IMG/VR virus record: IMGVR_UViG_3300025085_000010
Location: 15,188 to 79,187 of that record
Direction: 5' to 3' (one strand)
Source: a virus
Length of the DNA: 64,000 nt
Positions 48,685 through 57,218 of this stretch are shown piece after piece; positions within the stretch are counted from its first letter, which is position 1, and every line of letters begins with the position of its first letter. The notes beneath the pieces are model-generated. The model worked only from the letters and a program-made list of their open reading frames with translations, made no database searches and was not told the DNA's origin. A program made the position numbers and the translations under genes.

Positions 48685-49808
48685 TGATCATATCTAATGA
48701 TGATGCCGTTTGGGCCGCAGATGAATTCATCAAGTATTTCTCTCAGATGGGAAATATTGAGGACTATCTGCGTTTTGTGAAAAAAGAAGTAATCAAGTCT
48801 ACAAGTTCTCTTGCACCACTTCATGATGAGTTCTTTAACGAGGACATTCATCCGCAAGAGATGGAGTTTGATATCAAGTTTGTTGGTGCCCGCTTTCAAC
48901 ACTCTCTGCCACAAGAACACTATGGCAATCTTTTGAGAGCAGTATCTTCTCATAATAATGAGAGCAACATTCCTGGCAGAGAACTGCGTTGGATGGTCTT
49001 TGAGAAGAAAACTCAAACTTGTCTTGGGTTTATTCGTTTTGGATCTCCTACTATCAACTCCAAACCAAGAAATATCTGGTTGGGTCAAGCACCTAACCTT
49101 TCAATCTTTAATCGCCATGCAGCCATGGGATTTGTGATCGTGCCATCTCAACCCTTTGGATACAATTACCTTGGAGGTAAACTCCTTGCGTTATTGTGCT
49201 GCTCACACTATGCCCGTGAGACGCTGAACCAGGTCTTTGAGAAGGACATCGCCCTGTTTGAAACCACGTCTCTCTACGGGTCTACCACCGATGCCTCACA
49301 GTATGATGGCCTTAAACCATTCATGAGGTATAAGGGACTGACTGAGAGTAAGTTCCTGCCTTTGCTCCATGATGAGGCATTCCATCGTCTTCATGATCGG
49401 TTTACTGTGTGGAATAACAACCAACCTTTGACTGACAAGAAAGCATCATCCAAGAAGATGAAGCGTCAAACAAAGATGATCTCTATCACTCGTAATTCTC
49501 TAAAGGAATATGGGATGGATGAGAAACTGGAGCAGTTCAATTCAGTGATAGAAACCGCACTGTCTCTCACTCAGAAGAAGAGAACTTACTTTTGCGAATA
49601 TGGATATTCAAATGTCAAAGAAGTAATTCTTGGTAATCAAGATGAATTGGTTCGTGGTCCTAATTGGGACAAGTTCTACCTTGAGAATATTATTGTCTGG
49701 TGGAAGAAGAAAGCGACCAAGAGATATGAAAAACTTAAGGCAGAAGAAAGATTCAGAACAAAGGTCGAACTCTGGACTGACGATGATGAAATTCAAATTA
49801 TTAGATAA
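48684..49808 (+). CDS. DUF4338 / Druantia DruA-like protein
   Basis: PGRELRWMV, LGFIRFGSP, VPSQPFGYNYLGGKLLALL and FETTSLYG...SQYDG motifs recalled from DruA-like proteins. Confidence 0.65.
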   Translation: MIISNDDAVWAADEFIKYFSQMGNIEDYLRFVKKEVIKSTSSLAPLHDEFFNEDIHPQEMEFDIKFVGARFQHSLPQEHYGNLLRAVSSHNNESNIPGRELRWMVFEKKTQTCLGFIRFGSPTINSKPRNIWLGQAPNLSIFNRHAAMGFVIVPSQPFGYNYLGGKLLALLCCSHYARETLNQVFEKDIALFETTSLYGSTTDASQYDGLKPFMRYKGLTESKFLPLLHDEAFHRLHDRFTVWNNNQPLTDKKASSKKMKRQTKMISITRNSLKEYGMDEKLEQFNSVIETALSLTQKKRTYFCEYGYSNVKEVILGNQDELVRGPNWDKFYLENIIVWWKKKATKRYEKLKAEERFRTKVELWTDDDEIQIIR

Positions 49809-50188
49809 TGGAACTCAAAGACTGGTTAAATTCAATAAACTTTAATAAGGAAAATCTTATTAAAGACGACCCAGATATCGTTAAACAATATCCTCCATAT
49901 ATTATCAATCGTTGTTTATCTGGTCACATGGACTGTGTGATGTATGCAAATGAAATGAATAAGTATAACTTTCTTGATAAAGATATGCAATATTCGTTTT
50001 ATCTAAATAGTCTGAGGAAACGAAAGAGGTTCTCTCCTTGGCTCCGAAAGGATAAAGTCCAGGATTTAGAATGTGTCAAACAATACTATGGTTATAGTAA
50101 TGAGAAGGCATCTCAGGCTCTGAAAATTCTTACACAAGAACAGATTACTTTTATTAAACAACGACTTGATACTGGAGGAATGAAATGA
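49808..50188 (+). CDS. gp62: Clamp loader small subunit gp62
   Basis: YPPYIINRCLS, ANEMN, RKRKRFSPW and YYGYSNEKA. Confidence 0.93.
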   Translation: MELKDWLNSINFNKENLIKDDPDIVKQYPPYIINRCLSGHMDCVMYANEMNKYNFLDKDMQYSFYLNSLRKRKRFSPWLRKDKVQDLECVKQYYGYSNEKASQALKILTQEQITFIKQRLDTGGMK

Positions 50189-50622
50189 GTACTATGGTTG
50201 AACCAACGGTACAGTGGTCACAAGATCAAATGGTGCAGGTGCTTCTAAGTGAACCTGATGACTTCCTAAAAGTTCGTGAGACACTGACACGCATCGGAGT
50301 TGCATCACGTAAGGAAAAGAAACTCTATCAGTCTTGTCATATCTTGCATAAGCAAGGTTTATACTACATCGTCCACTTCAAAGAGCTCTTTGCACTGGAT
50401 GGAAAACATGCTAACCTTACTGTTAACGATGTACAGAGACGCAATCGTATTGCACGTCTTCTTGCTGACTGGGGATTAATCTCCATCGTAAAAGAAGAAT
50501 CAGTTCTCGACATCGCTCCACTAAATCAAATCAAAGTTCTGGCTTATAAGGATAAGTCGGATTGGATTCTGGAGCAAAAGTATAATATAGGAAAAAAAGG
50601 TAAGCAACAAGAAAGTGAATGA
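50185..50622 (+). CDS. regA: Translational repressor RegA
   Basis: DDFLKVRETLTRIGVAS and LYQSCHILHKQG.YYIVHFKELFALDG. Confidence 0.97.
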   Translation: MSTMVEPTVQWSQDQMVQVLLSEPDDFLKVRETLTRIGVASRKEKKLYQSCHILHKQGLYYIVHFKELFALDGKHANLTVNDVQRRNRIARLLADWGLISIVKEESVLDIAPLNQIKVLAYKDKSDWILEQKYNIGKKGKQQESE

Positions 50623-51104
50623 AAACTATTGAACGTCATCGTTATAAAGACAAAGAGATATTTCAGACCAGAACATTAACTTATAATCCATATCCCATGA
50701 CTGAGATCGAATCGGTCATGGGACTTATTGTTAGCAACCTAAAACCAGAAATGGTTAGTAAGAAATACCGTGAGGAGAATTTGACCAACCCCATGTTTGG
50801 CCACTGCTACCATTCCTCACAAGCCCTGTTTTATCTGATGGATACGAATGTCCTTGAGCAGAGAACTGCAATTGATTATCATGATGAAGCACACTGGTGG
50901 TTAGTTGATACTACTAATGAAAAAATTTATGATATCACCGATGATCAATACTATCATGTTGGTCAGACTCCACCATATGATGATGGGAAGAAAAAACCTT
51001 GGTATGGTTGGAAACAAAGACCCCATCAGAGGACGTTGGATCTGATGGTTCTGGTTCTTGGAGACAGATTGGCCCTTGACAAGATTACTGATCAACCTGT
51101 ATAA
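50619..51104 (+). CDS. Putative Cys-His-Asp (transglutaminase/papain-like) enzyme
   Basis: NPMFGHCY (C63), AHWWL (H92) and IYDITDDQ (D105). Confidence 0.55.
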   Translation: MKTIERHRYKDKEIFQTRTLTYNPYPMTEIESVMGLIVSNLKPEMVSKKYREENLTNPMFGHCYHSSQALFYLMDTNVLEQRTAIDYHDEAHWWLVDTTNEKIYDITDDQYYHVGQTPPYDDGKKKPWYGWKQRPHQRTLDLMVLVLGDRLALDKITDQPV

Positions 51105-51105
51105 T
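51076..51105 (+). promoter_or_regulatory. Consensus sigma70-type promoter
   Basis: TTGACA-N18-TATAAT. Confidence 0.7.
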
Positions 51106-51182
51106 ATCCAAGTACATAGGTGAAGCACTCGCTTGCAGCGGACAAGACTTCACTATTAATTGCTACCCAGCAGGAGACGCAC

Positions 51183-52277
51183 ATGGCTGTTAAAGTCAGA
51201 AAGGGATTTGGTCCCCAAAAACAAGACATCGATCTGAACAAGTATGAAAATCGATGGTCTAAAGAAGAAATTCAGAGTCACTCCAAACGAGGAACGTTTA
51301 TTCGGTTCGCTTTCCTTGATCTTAATAAGTTTGGCGGTGATCTCTTTCACGAAGAGTTGATCAACCTTGCTATTCGTGAAGATGGTAATCGTAGCAATAC
51401 TGATAGAGGTATTGCATATTCTTTCAACACAAAGGGATGGAGCTATGATCCATTCCCTCCTATTGTTGATACTACATTTAAGGTAAAAGATGGTCGCACT
51501 CGCATCCGTGCTGCGATGCTTGCAGGATGCACTTTCATCGTGGTCGCAGTCTTTGCCTATCCTGATGAACAAGATCCTAAAACTGCTTTTGTTCAGTCTC
51601 TTTCTGAAGCTATTGTTGGTAACGATGACCTCATCAGTCGCCCCACTAAAACCGGTGACCTGTTTGAAGCTAGCGTTGCTGCCGTTACTGATGGTGGTGT
51701 TGAGCATGATAAAACTGCAATTGCAGATTTGCTCTTTAATGAATTTGAAGCACTGCGTTTTATCAAACAAGATGAAGTTGCTAACTTAGTAGAAGCAGTC
51801 TATGATGCTGTTCTGGGCGGACAACGTGCGGTTTGGATTCCTGATCGTGCCGATGTTCTTGCATATTTGAAAAAGTCTCCAGACATGCCTCAAGATGCTG
51901 CACTGGAAGATGAAGTTAGACTTGGAAAGAAACGAGTCTTCGTGTATGCTGCCCCTAGCAATACCAATCAGGGTCGTCTTTGGGGTATGATTGCAAAAGA
52001 AGTCCCCGAAGATTGTTATGTGGTGCTTTATACCACAAAGAAAGTCCCCTCTAAAATCAAAATGGGGTACAAAGATTTCATGGCATTTATTGAAATGCGA
52101 TATCAAGAATGTTTTGAGATCGTAAATCGCACTGCATCTGCTACTGGATTCAATATCGATCTCAAACCTCCCACCAAACGTCCCTGGAAAGTGATAGGTG
52201 TTATTCCTCAAATGAATGACGAAACTCATGAGACTCTCCGTAGATCTCACCGTCTGATTCAGATTGAGGATTGTTGA
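51183..52277 (+). CDS. Protein with N-terminal ParB/Srx-like domain
   Basis: AGGAG RBS before ATG 51183; SFNTKGWSYDPFPPIVD...VKDGRTRIRAA resembles the ParB/Srx DGxxR motif. Confidence 0.55.
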   Translation: MAVKVRKGFGPQKQDIDLNKYENRWSKEEIQSHSKRGTFIRFAFLDLNKFGGDLFHEELINLAIREDGNRSNTDRGIAYSFNTKGWSYDPFPPIVDTTFKVKDGRTRIRAAMLAGCTFIVVAVFAYPDEQDPKTAFVQSLSEAIVGNDDLISRPTKTGDLFEASVAAVTDGGVEHDKTAIADLLFNEFEALRFIKQDEVANLVEAVYDAVLGGQRAVWIPDRADVLAYLKKSPDMPQDAALEDEVRLGKKRVFVYAAPSNTNQGRLWGMIAKEVPEDCYVVLYTTKKVPSKIKMGYKDFMAFIEMRYQECFEIVNRTASATGFNIDLKPPTKRPWKVIGVIPQMNDETHETLRRSHRLIQIEDC

Positions 52278-52363
52278 TAAATAAGACTGAGACCTTTCGT
52301 GCGGTCTCTACAAAAGTCGGAAACCCTATAAAGAGGTTCGGTAAATACCGTTCCTCTTTTTTT
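52277..52363 (+). ncRNA. Candidate late sRNA unit (promoter, hairpin, terminator)
   Basis: ATAAATA at 52277-52283; GAGACC/GGTCTC stem at 52289-52308; terminator at 52330-52363; no ORF. Confidence 0.35.
52330..52363 (+). terminator. Intrinsic terminator
   Basis: AAAGAGG-TT-CGGT-AAAT-ACCG-TT-CCTCTTT followed by a T run. Confidence 0.75.
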
Positions 52364-52373
52364 GTTTTTATGT

Positions 52374-52381
52374 TATAAATA
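52374..52381 (+). promoter_or_regulatory. Late promoter (TATAAATA) for hsp20
   Basis: Exact T4 late consensus. Confidence 0.75.
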
Positions 52382-52386
52382 AGTAT

Positions 52387-52439
52387 GGATGCCTTCGGGG
52401 TCCACACAATCAAATCTCGCTTTCAAAGGAGAAGTAAAG
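52387..52439 (+). promoter_or_regulatory. ROSE-like RNA thermometer candidate in the hsp20 5' UTR
   Basis: 5' cUUCGg hairpin, then UCGCU pairing with the AGGA Shine-Dalgarno leaving a bulged G. Confidence 0.5.
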
Positions 52440-52874
52440 ATGGGAAACCTACAGAAGTTTCATGCAGCCGATTTACCAAAGTTGCTTGAGAAGATAAATA
52501 GGAATAGTATTGGTATGGATGATTACCTTAGCAGGGTGTTTGATCTTCACGAAACAACTGCTAGCTATCCTCCATACAACTTAGTGACAGTCAGTAATGT
52601 TGAGTCTAGACTGGAACTAGCACTAGCAGGATTTAAGAAAAAGCAAGTAAATGTCTACACGCAAGACGGAAAACTCTTTGTCGAAGGGCAAAGAGAAGAT
52701 GGAGAAACTGGAACAGAATACGTCCATAGAGGAGTGGCTCAAAGATCATTCACTAGATCATGGACCCTCAGTGACGAGACGGAAGTTAGATCAGTTGAAT
52801 TTGAGGATGGGTTGCTGAGTATCACACTCGGTAGAATTGTTCCCACTCATCATCAGAGGAAAGACTGGTTCTAA
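52440..52874 (+). CDS. hsp20: Small heat shock protein Hsp20 (IbpA-like)
   Basis: SYPPYNL, LELALAGF, YVHRGVAQRSFTRSWTL and FEDGLLSI; start ATG 52440 after AAGGAG. Confidence 0.95.
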   Translation: MGNLQKFHAADLPKLLEKINRNSIGMDDYLSRVFDLHETTASYPPYNLVTVSNVESRLELALAGFKKKQVNVYTQDGKLFVEGQREDGETGTEYVHRGVAQRSFTRSWTLSDETEVRSVEFEDGLLSITLGRIVPTHHQRKDWF

Positions 52875-52897
52875 ATACTATTGAATATCGTCGCCGC

Positions 52898-52939
52898 AGA
52901 GGGGCAACTGGCACAATCCAGTTGACGCCCCTCTTTTTT
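52898..52939 (+). terminator. Long-stem intrinsic terminator after hsp20
   Basis: AGAGGGGC-AACTGG-CACAAT-CCAGTT-GAC-GCCCCTCT followed by a T run. Confidence 0.8.
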
Positions 52940-52950
52940 CTTGGTAGAAT
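52922..52950 (+). promoter_or_regulatory. Sigma70-type promoter for the gp43 operon
   Basis: TTGACG-N17-TAGAAT overlapping the terminator 3' arm. Confidence 0.65.
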
Positions 52951-52972
52951 AGAAATGAAGAAAAACTGACTT

Positions 52973-53353
52973 ATGACTATCAAATTACTGCTCTTGAAAT
53001 CAGGTGAAGACATGATTGCCAGTGTGGCAGAGATGGGATATGGAGAAGGTGAAGACCGACGAGTGGTTGGATATTATCTCAACAAACCTTGCGTGATCAA
53101 GATGCGTGATCCTAACGTTCTTGATGATGTAAGTGAGGGACGTGGGCGCAAGGCTGGGTATGAGGTATCTCTCTTCCCTTGGATGCCACTGTCTGCCGAA
53201 GAGACCATCCCTGTTCCTTCTGACTGGGTTGTGACTATGGTGGAACCAACCATCAAACTAAAAGAAATGTACATCGAGGACATCGTAGACCATGGAAAAA
53301 ACGATCAAAGCACTACTACTGACGACGGGTCAGATTCTGATAACTCAGATTAA
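52973..53353 (+). CDS. Conserved hypothetical protein
   Basis: IKLLLLKSGEDMIA...PWMPLS...DWVVTMVEP Sm-like pattern; upstream of gp43. Confidence 0.75.
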   Translation: MTIKLLLLKSGEDMIASVAEMGYGEGEDRRVVGYYLNKPCVIKMRDPNVLDDVSEGRGRKAGYEVSLFPWMPLSAEETIPVPSDWVVTMVEPTIKLKEMYIEDIVDHGKNDQSTTTDDGSDSDNSD

Positions 53354-53549
53354 TGAAGTAGGGGCAGACATCGGAGAACCCGATTGTAAAATGACCAATC
53401 CTTTCTTGTTAAAGGATGACGGAACATTAGAACCCTGGTTACTAAATGTATCTCGTCAAGACGAATTTATGATTAGTTCTGATAAGATTATTACTCTTAC
53501 AGAACCCATGCCCACCCTAGTTGAAAAGTACGAAGAACTCACTAAGTAA
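53292..53549 (+). CDS. Conserved hypothetical protein
   Basis: ADIGEPDCKMTNPF...MISSDKIIT; TAATG-coupled to gp43. Confidence 0.75.
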   Translation: MEKTIKALLLTTGQILITQINEVGADIGEPDCKMTNPFLLKDDGTLEPWLLNVSRQDEFMISSDKIITLTEPMPTLVEKYEELTK

Positions 53550-56044
53550 TGCGTTTCTACACTAATGTTCAGTTGATTGGTAATCAGTTCCTCGTCCGGG
53601 GAGTTGAGAATGGTAGGAGGTATGAACATAGAGATGAATTCTTCCCTACCTTATTTGTGAAATCTAAGAGAGATTCAAAGTATAGAACATTAAGTGGAGA
53701 ACCTGTAGAAGAGATTCATCCTGGTAGTGTTCGCGACTGTCGCGACTTCTACAAGAAGTATGATGAAGTTGATGGATTTGAGATCTATGGTAATGATCGA
53801 TACATCTATCAATATATTTCTGAGAAGTATCCTGAAAATGAGATCAAGTTTGACATCAGCCAGATCAAACTGGTAACTCTTGATATTGAGACTACTGCAG
53901 AAAAAGGATTCCCTGATGTGGAGTCTGCATCAGAAGAGATTCTTGCAATTACAATTCAGGATTACACCACCAAACAGATTACTACTTGGGGTGTGAAACC
54001 GTTTATTAATAAACAGAAGAATGTTACTTATCATCACTGTACTTCTGAGCATCAACTGCTGAGCCATTTCATCAATTATTGGATGCAGGACGTTCCTGAT
54101 GTTGTAACTGGTTGGAACATTCAACTGTTTGATATCCCATACATCTGTAAGCGACTTAACAGGGTGCTTGGAGAGAAGTTGATGAAGAGATTCTCCAACT
54201 GGGGTCTTGTGACCGAAGGAGAGGTTTTTATCAAGGGTAGGAAGCAGATCACCTTTGACGTTGGTGGACTCACTCAACTTGATTATCTTGATCTATACAG
54301 AAAGTTCACTTACAAAGCACAGGAATCTTATCGACTTGACTACATCGCAGAAGTAGAACTAGGACAGAAGAAACTGGATCACAGTGAGTTTGATACCTTC
54401 AAAGATTTCTATACTCACGGTTGGCAGAAGTTCATCGAGTATAACATCGTTGACGTAGAACTTGTTGACCGTTTGGAAGACAAGATGAAACTGATTGAAC
54501 TTGCGTTGACCATGGCATATGATGCTAAGGTAAACTATGCTGATGTGTTCTATCAGGTCCGCATGTGGGACAACATTATCTACAACTATCTAAAGAAACG
54601 TGGCATCGTTATTCCACCAAAGATTCGTTCAGACAAAAATGAAAAGTATGCAGGAGCATATGTCAAGGAACCGATTCCTGGAAAGTATGATTGGGTTGTG
54701 TCTTTTGACCTTAACTCTCTCTACCCTCATCTTATCATGCAGTATAATATCTCCCCAGAAACCTTACTGGAAGAACGTCACCCCACGGCTACAGTTGATC
54801 GAATACTTAATGAAGAAATAAACTTTGAGTTGTATAAGGATAATGCTGTCTGTGCGAATGGTGCCATGTATCGCAAGGATGTTCGTGGGTTTCTACCAGA
54901 ACTCATGGAGAAGATGTATGGCGACCGTGTAATCTTCAAGAAGAAGATGATTCAAGCAAAGAAAGATTATGAAAAAACTCCTACTAAGACTCTGGAGAAA
55001 GAGATTGCGCGATGCAATAATATTCAGATGGCTAAGAAGATTTCACTCAACTCTGCTTATGGTGCAATCGGTAATCAGTATTTTAGGTACTACAAATTGG
55101 CCAACGCGGAAGCGATTACGCTTTCTGGTCAAGTCTCTATCCGTTGGATTGAGAGTAAGATGAATGAGTATCTAAATAAACTGTTGCAAACAACCGAAGA
55201 GGATTACGTAATTGCATCTGACACAGATTCAATTTATCTTAATCTTGGACCTCTTGTTGATAAATTTTTTGCTTCTAAGTCTAGCGACAAAGCTGCAATT
55301 GTTTCCCTACTTAACAAGATCTGCGAAGAAAAATTTGAACCGTATATCGATCAGTGCTACCAGAATCTTGCGGACTATGTTTCGGCATACGACCAAAAGA
55401 TGCAAATGAAACGTGAGAATATCGCTGACCGTGGCATCTGGACTGCGAAGAAACGATACATTCTCAACGTGTGGGATAGTGAGGGTGTTCGTTATGAAGA
55501 TCCCAAACTTAAGATGATGGGTATTGAGGCAGTCAAATCATCCACTCCTGCTCCATGTAGAAAGATGATTAAGGATGCCTTGAAGTTGATGATGAGCGGC
55601 ACTGAAGAAGATGTGATTGACTTTATAGATAAGTCTCGGACAGAGTTTAAGAAGTTGCCACCAGAGCAAATTTCTTTCCCGCGATCAGTTTCTGATGTTC
55701 AGAAATATAAATCCTCATCCGACATTTACATGAAGGGAACTCCCATTCACTGTCGCGGGGCTCTTCTGTTCAATCATTATATTAAAGAGAAGAAACTTAC
55801 TAATAAGTATTCTTTAATACAAAATGGTGAAAAGATTAAATTCTGTTATCTTAAAAAACCAAACATTATTCATGAGAATATCATCTCATTTATTCAAGAG
55901 TTCCCTAAAGAACTCGACCTTGACAAGTACATCGACTATGATCTACAATTTGAAAAGTCCTTTGTCGAACCACTGAAAGCAATTCTTGATGCTATCGGTT
56001 GGAATGTCGAAAAAACTGTAAACCTAGAGCTATTTTTCTCCTAA
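53549..56044 (+). CDS. gp43: Family B DNA polymerase gp43
   Basis: DIET exonuclease motif, FDLNSLYPHL, KISLNSAYGA and SDTDS; no intein. Confidence 0.98.
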   Translation: MRFYTNVQLIGNQFLVRGVENGRRYEHRDEFFPTLFVKSKRDSKYRTLSGEPVEEIHPGSVRDCRDFYKKYDEVDGFEIYGNDRYIYQYISEKYPENEIKFDISQIKLVTLDIETTAEKGFPDVESASEEILAITIQDYTTKQITTWGVKPFINKQKNVTYHHCTSEHQLLSHFINYWMQDVPDVVTGWNIQLFDIPYICKRLNRVLGEKLMKRFSNWGLVTEGEVFIKGRKQITFDVGGLTQLDYLDLYRKFTYKAQESYRLDYIAEVELGQKKLDHSEFDTFKDFYTHGWQKFIEYNIVDVELVDRLEDKMKLIELALTMAYDAKVNYADVFYQVRMWDNIIYNYLKKRGIVIPPKIRSDKNEKYAGAYVKEPIPGKYDWVVSFDLNSLYPHLIMQYNISPETLLEERHPTATVDRILNEEINFELYKDNAVCANGAMYRKDVRGFLPELMEKMYGDRVIFKKKMIQAKKDYEKTPTKTLEKEIARCNNIQMAKKISLNSAYGAIGNQYFRYYKLANAEAITLSGQVSIRWIESKMNEYLNKLLQTTEEDYVIASDTDSIYLNLGPLVDKFFASKSSDKAAIVSLLNKICEEKFEPYIDQCYQNLADYVSAYDQKMQMKRENIADRGIWTAKKRYILNVWDSEGVRYEDPKLKMMGIEAVKSSTPAPCRKMIKDALKLMMSGTEEDVIDFIDKSRTEFKKLPPEQISFPRSVSDVQKYKSSSDIYMKGTPIHCRGALLFNHYIKEKKLTNKYSLIQNGEKIKFCYLKKPNIIHENIISFIQEFPKELDLDKYIDYDLQFEKSFVEPLKAILDAIGWNVEKTVNLELFFS

Positions 56045-56214
56045 TGGACCTGCCTATTACTGATAAAGAACTTGCAACTATTGTAAGTGCTCTTCTTCTT
56101 GGAGGAGATACTTCTTTATATCAAAAACTCAAGAAGATTAAGGATATCCGTGATGCTAACCCAGGCGGACCTTACAAAAAAATTGCCCGTGAAGAATTTG
56201 GATTTGTATTGTAA
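56044..56214 (+). CDS. Hypothetical protein
   Basis: 56 aa; TAATG-coupled at both ends. Confidence 0.7.
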   Translation: MDLPITDKELATIVSALLLGGDTSLYQKLKKIKDIRDANPGGPYKKIAREEFGFVL

Positions 56215-57218
56215 TGGATTTTTTAAAAGAGATTGTAAAAGAGATTGGCGATGACTTTACCAGACTGGCAAAAGACATCGACGACACAGAAACTTACGTG
56301 GACACAGGTTCGTACATCTTTAACGGACTTTGTTCAGGTAGTATATTTGGTGGTGTATCTGGGAATAAGATTACTGCCATCGCTGGGGAGTCTTCTACTG
56401 GAAAAACTTTCTTCTCGCTTGCAGTTGTCAAAAATTTCTTGGACGCTAATCCTGATGGCTATTGTCTATATTTTGACACTGAAGCCGCTGTTAACAAGAG
56501 TCTTATCGCAAGTCGGGGTATTGATTTAGAGCGACTGGCTGTTGTAAATGTTGTTACAATTGAGGAGTTTAGAACCAAAGCACTGAAGGCAGTCGATATA
56601 TACCTTAAGAAACCAGAAGACGAACGCAGACCTTGTATGTTTGTGCTAGACTCTCTGGGTATGCTTTCTACAGAGAAGGAAATTCGTGACGCACTAGACG
56701 ACAAGCAAGTTCGGGACATGACTAAATCCCAACTTGTCAAGGGAGCATTTCGTATGCTTACACTCAAACTTGGTCAAGCAAAAATTCCATTAATCGTCAC
56801 CAATCATACCTATGATGTCATCGGATCATACGTTCCCACCAAAGAAATGGGCGGAGGCAGCGGTCTCAAATATGCAGCGTCTACAATCATTTATCTCAGC
56901 AAAAAGAAAGAAAAGGATGGAACAGAAGTCGTTGGCAATCTTATTAAAGCTAAGACAGCAAAGTCGCGTTTAAGTAAGGAGAACAAAGTTGTTACAGTGC
57001 GTCTTTATTACGATGAGCGTGGTCTTGATCGATATTTTGGTCTTCTTGAACTCGGTGAGATTGGCGGACTTTGGAAAAATGTAGCAGGTCGTTATGAGAT
57101 AGACGGCAAGAAAGTCTATGCCAAAGCAGTTCTTAAAGATCCAGAAACATACTTCACACCTGAGGTGATGGAGAAACTGGATGAGATTGCAAAGGAGGAG
57201 TTTAGTTACGGTTCATGA
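56214..57218 (+). CDS. uvsX: RecA-like recombinase UvsX
   Basis: AGESSTGKT, FDTE, LDSLGML and MGGGSGLKYAAS. Confidence 0.96.
   Translation: MDFLKEIVKEIGDDFTRLAKDIDDTETYVDTGSYIFNGLCSGSIFGGVSGNKITAIAGESSTGKTFFSLAVVKNFLDANPDGYCLYFDTEAAVNKSLIASRGIDLERLAVVNVVTIEEFRTKALKAVDIYLKKPEDERRPCMFVLDSLGMLSTEKEIRDALDDKQVRDMTKSQLVKGAFRMLTLKLGQAKIPLIVTNHTYDVIGSYVPTKEMGGGSGLKYAASTIIYLSKKKEKDGTEVVGNLIKAKTAKSRLSKENKVVTVRLYYDERGLDRYFGLLELGEIGGLWKNVAGRYEIDGKKVYAKAVLKDPETYFTPEVMEKLDEIAKEEFSYGS

Noticed and set aside
48684-49808. Complete Druantia defence system
   Set aside because: No DruE-like helicase or other Dru genes nearby; the neighbours are clamp-loader genes.
51156-52250. Minus-strand ORFs of 204 and 154 aa
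   Set aside because: Entirely antisense to the ParB-like gene, which has the promoter and RBS; the translations look non-protein-like.
52389-52439. Upstream in-frame start for hsp20 given in the ORF track
   Set aside because: It lies in the 5' hairpin right at the predicted TSS with no RBS; ATG 52440 has AAGGAG at proper spacing.
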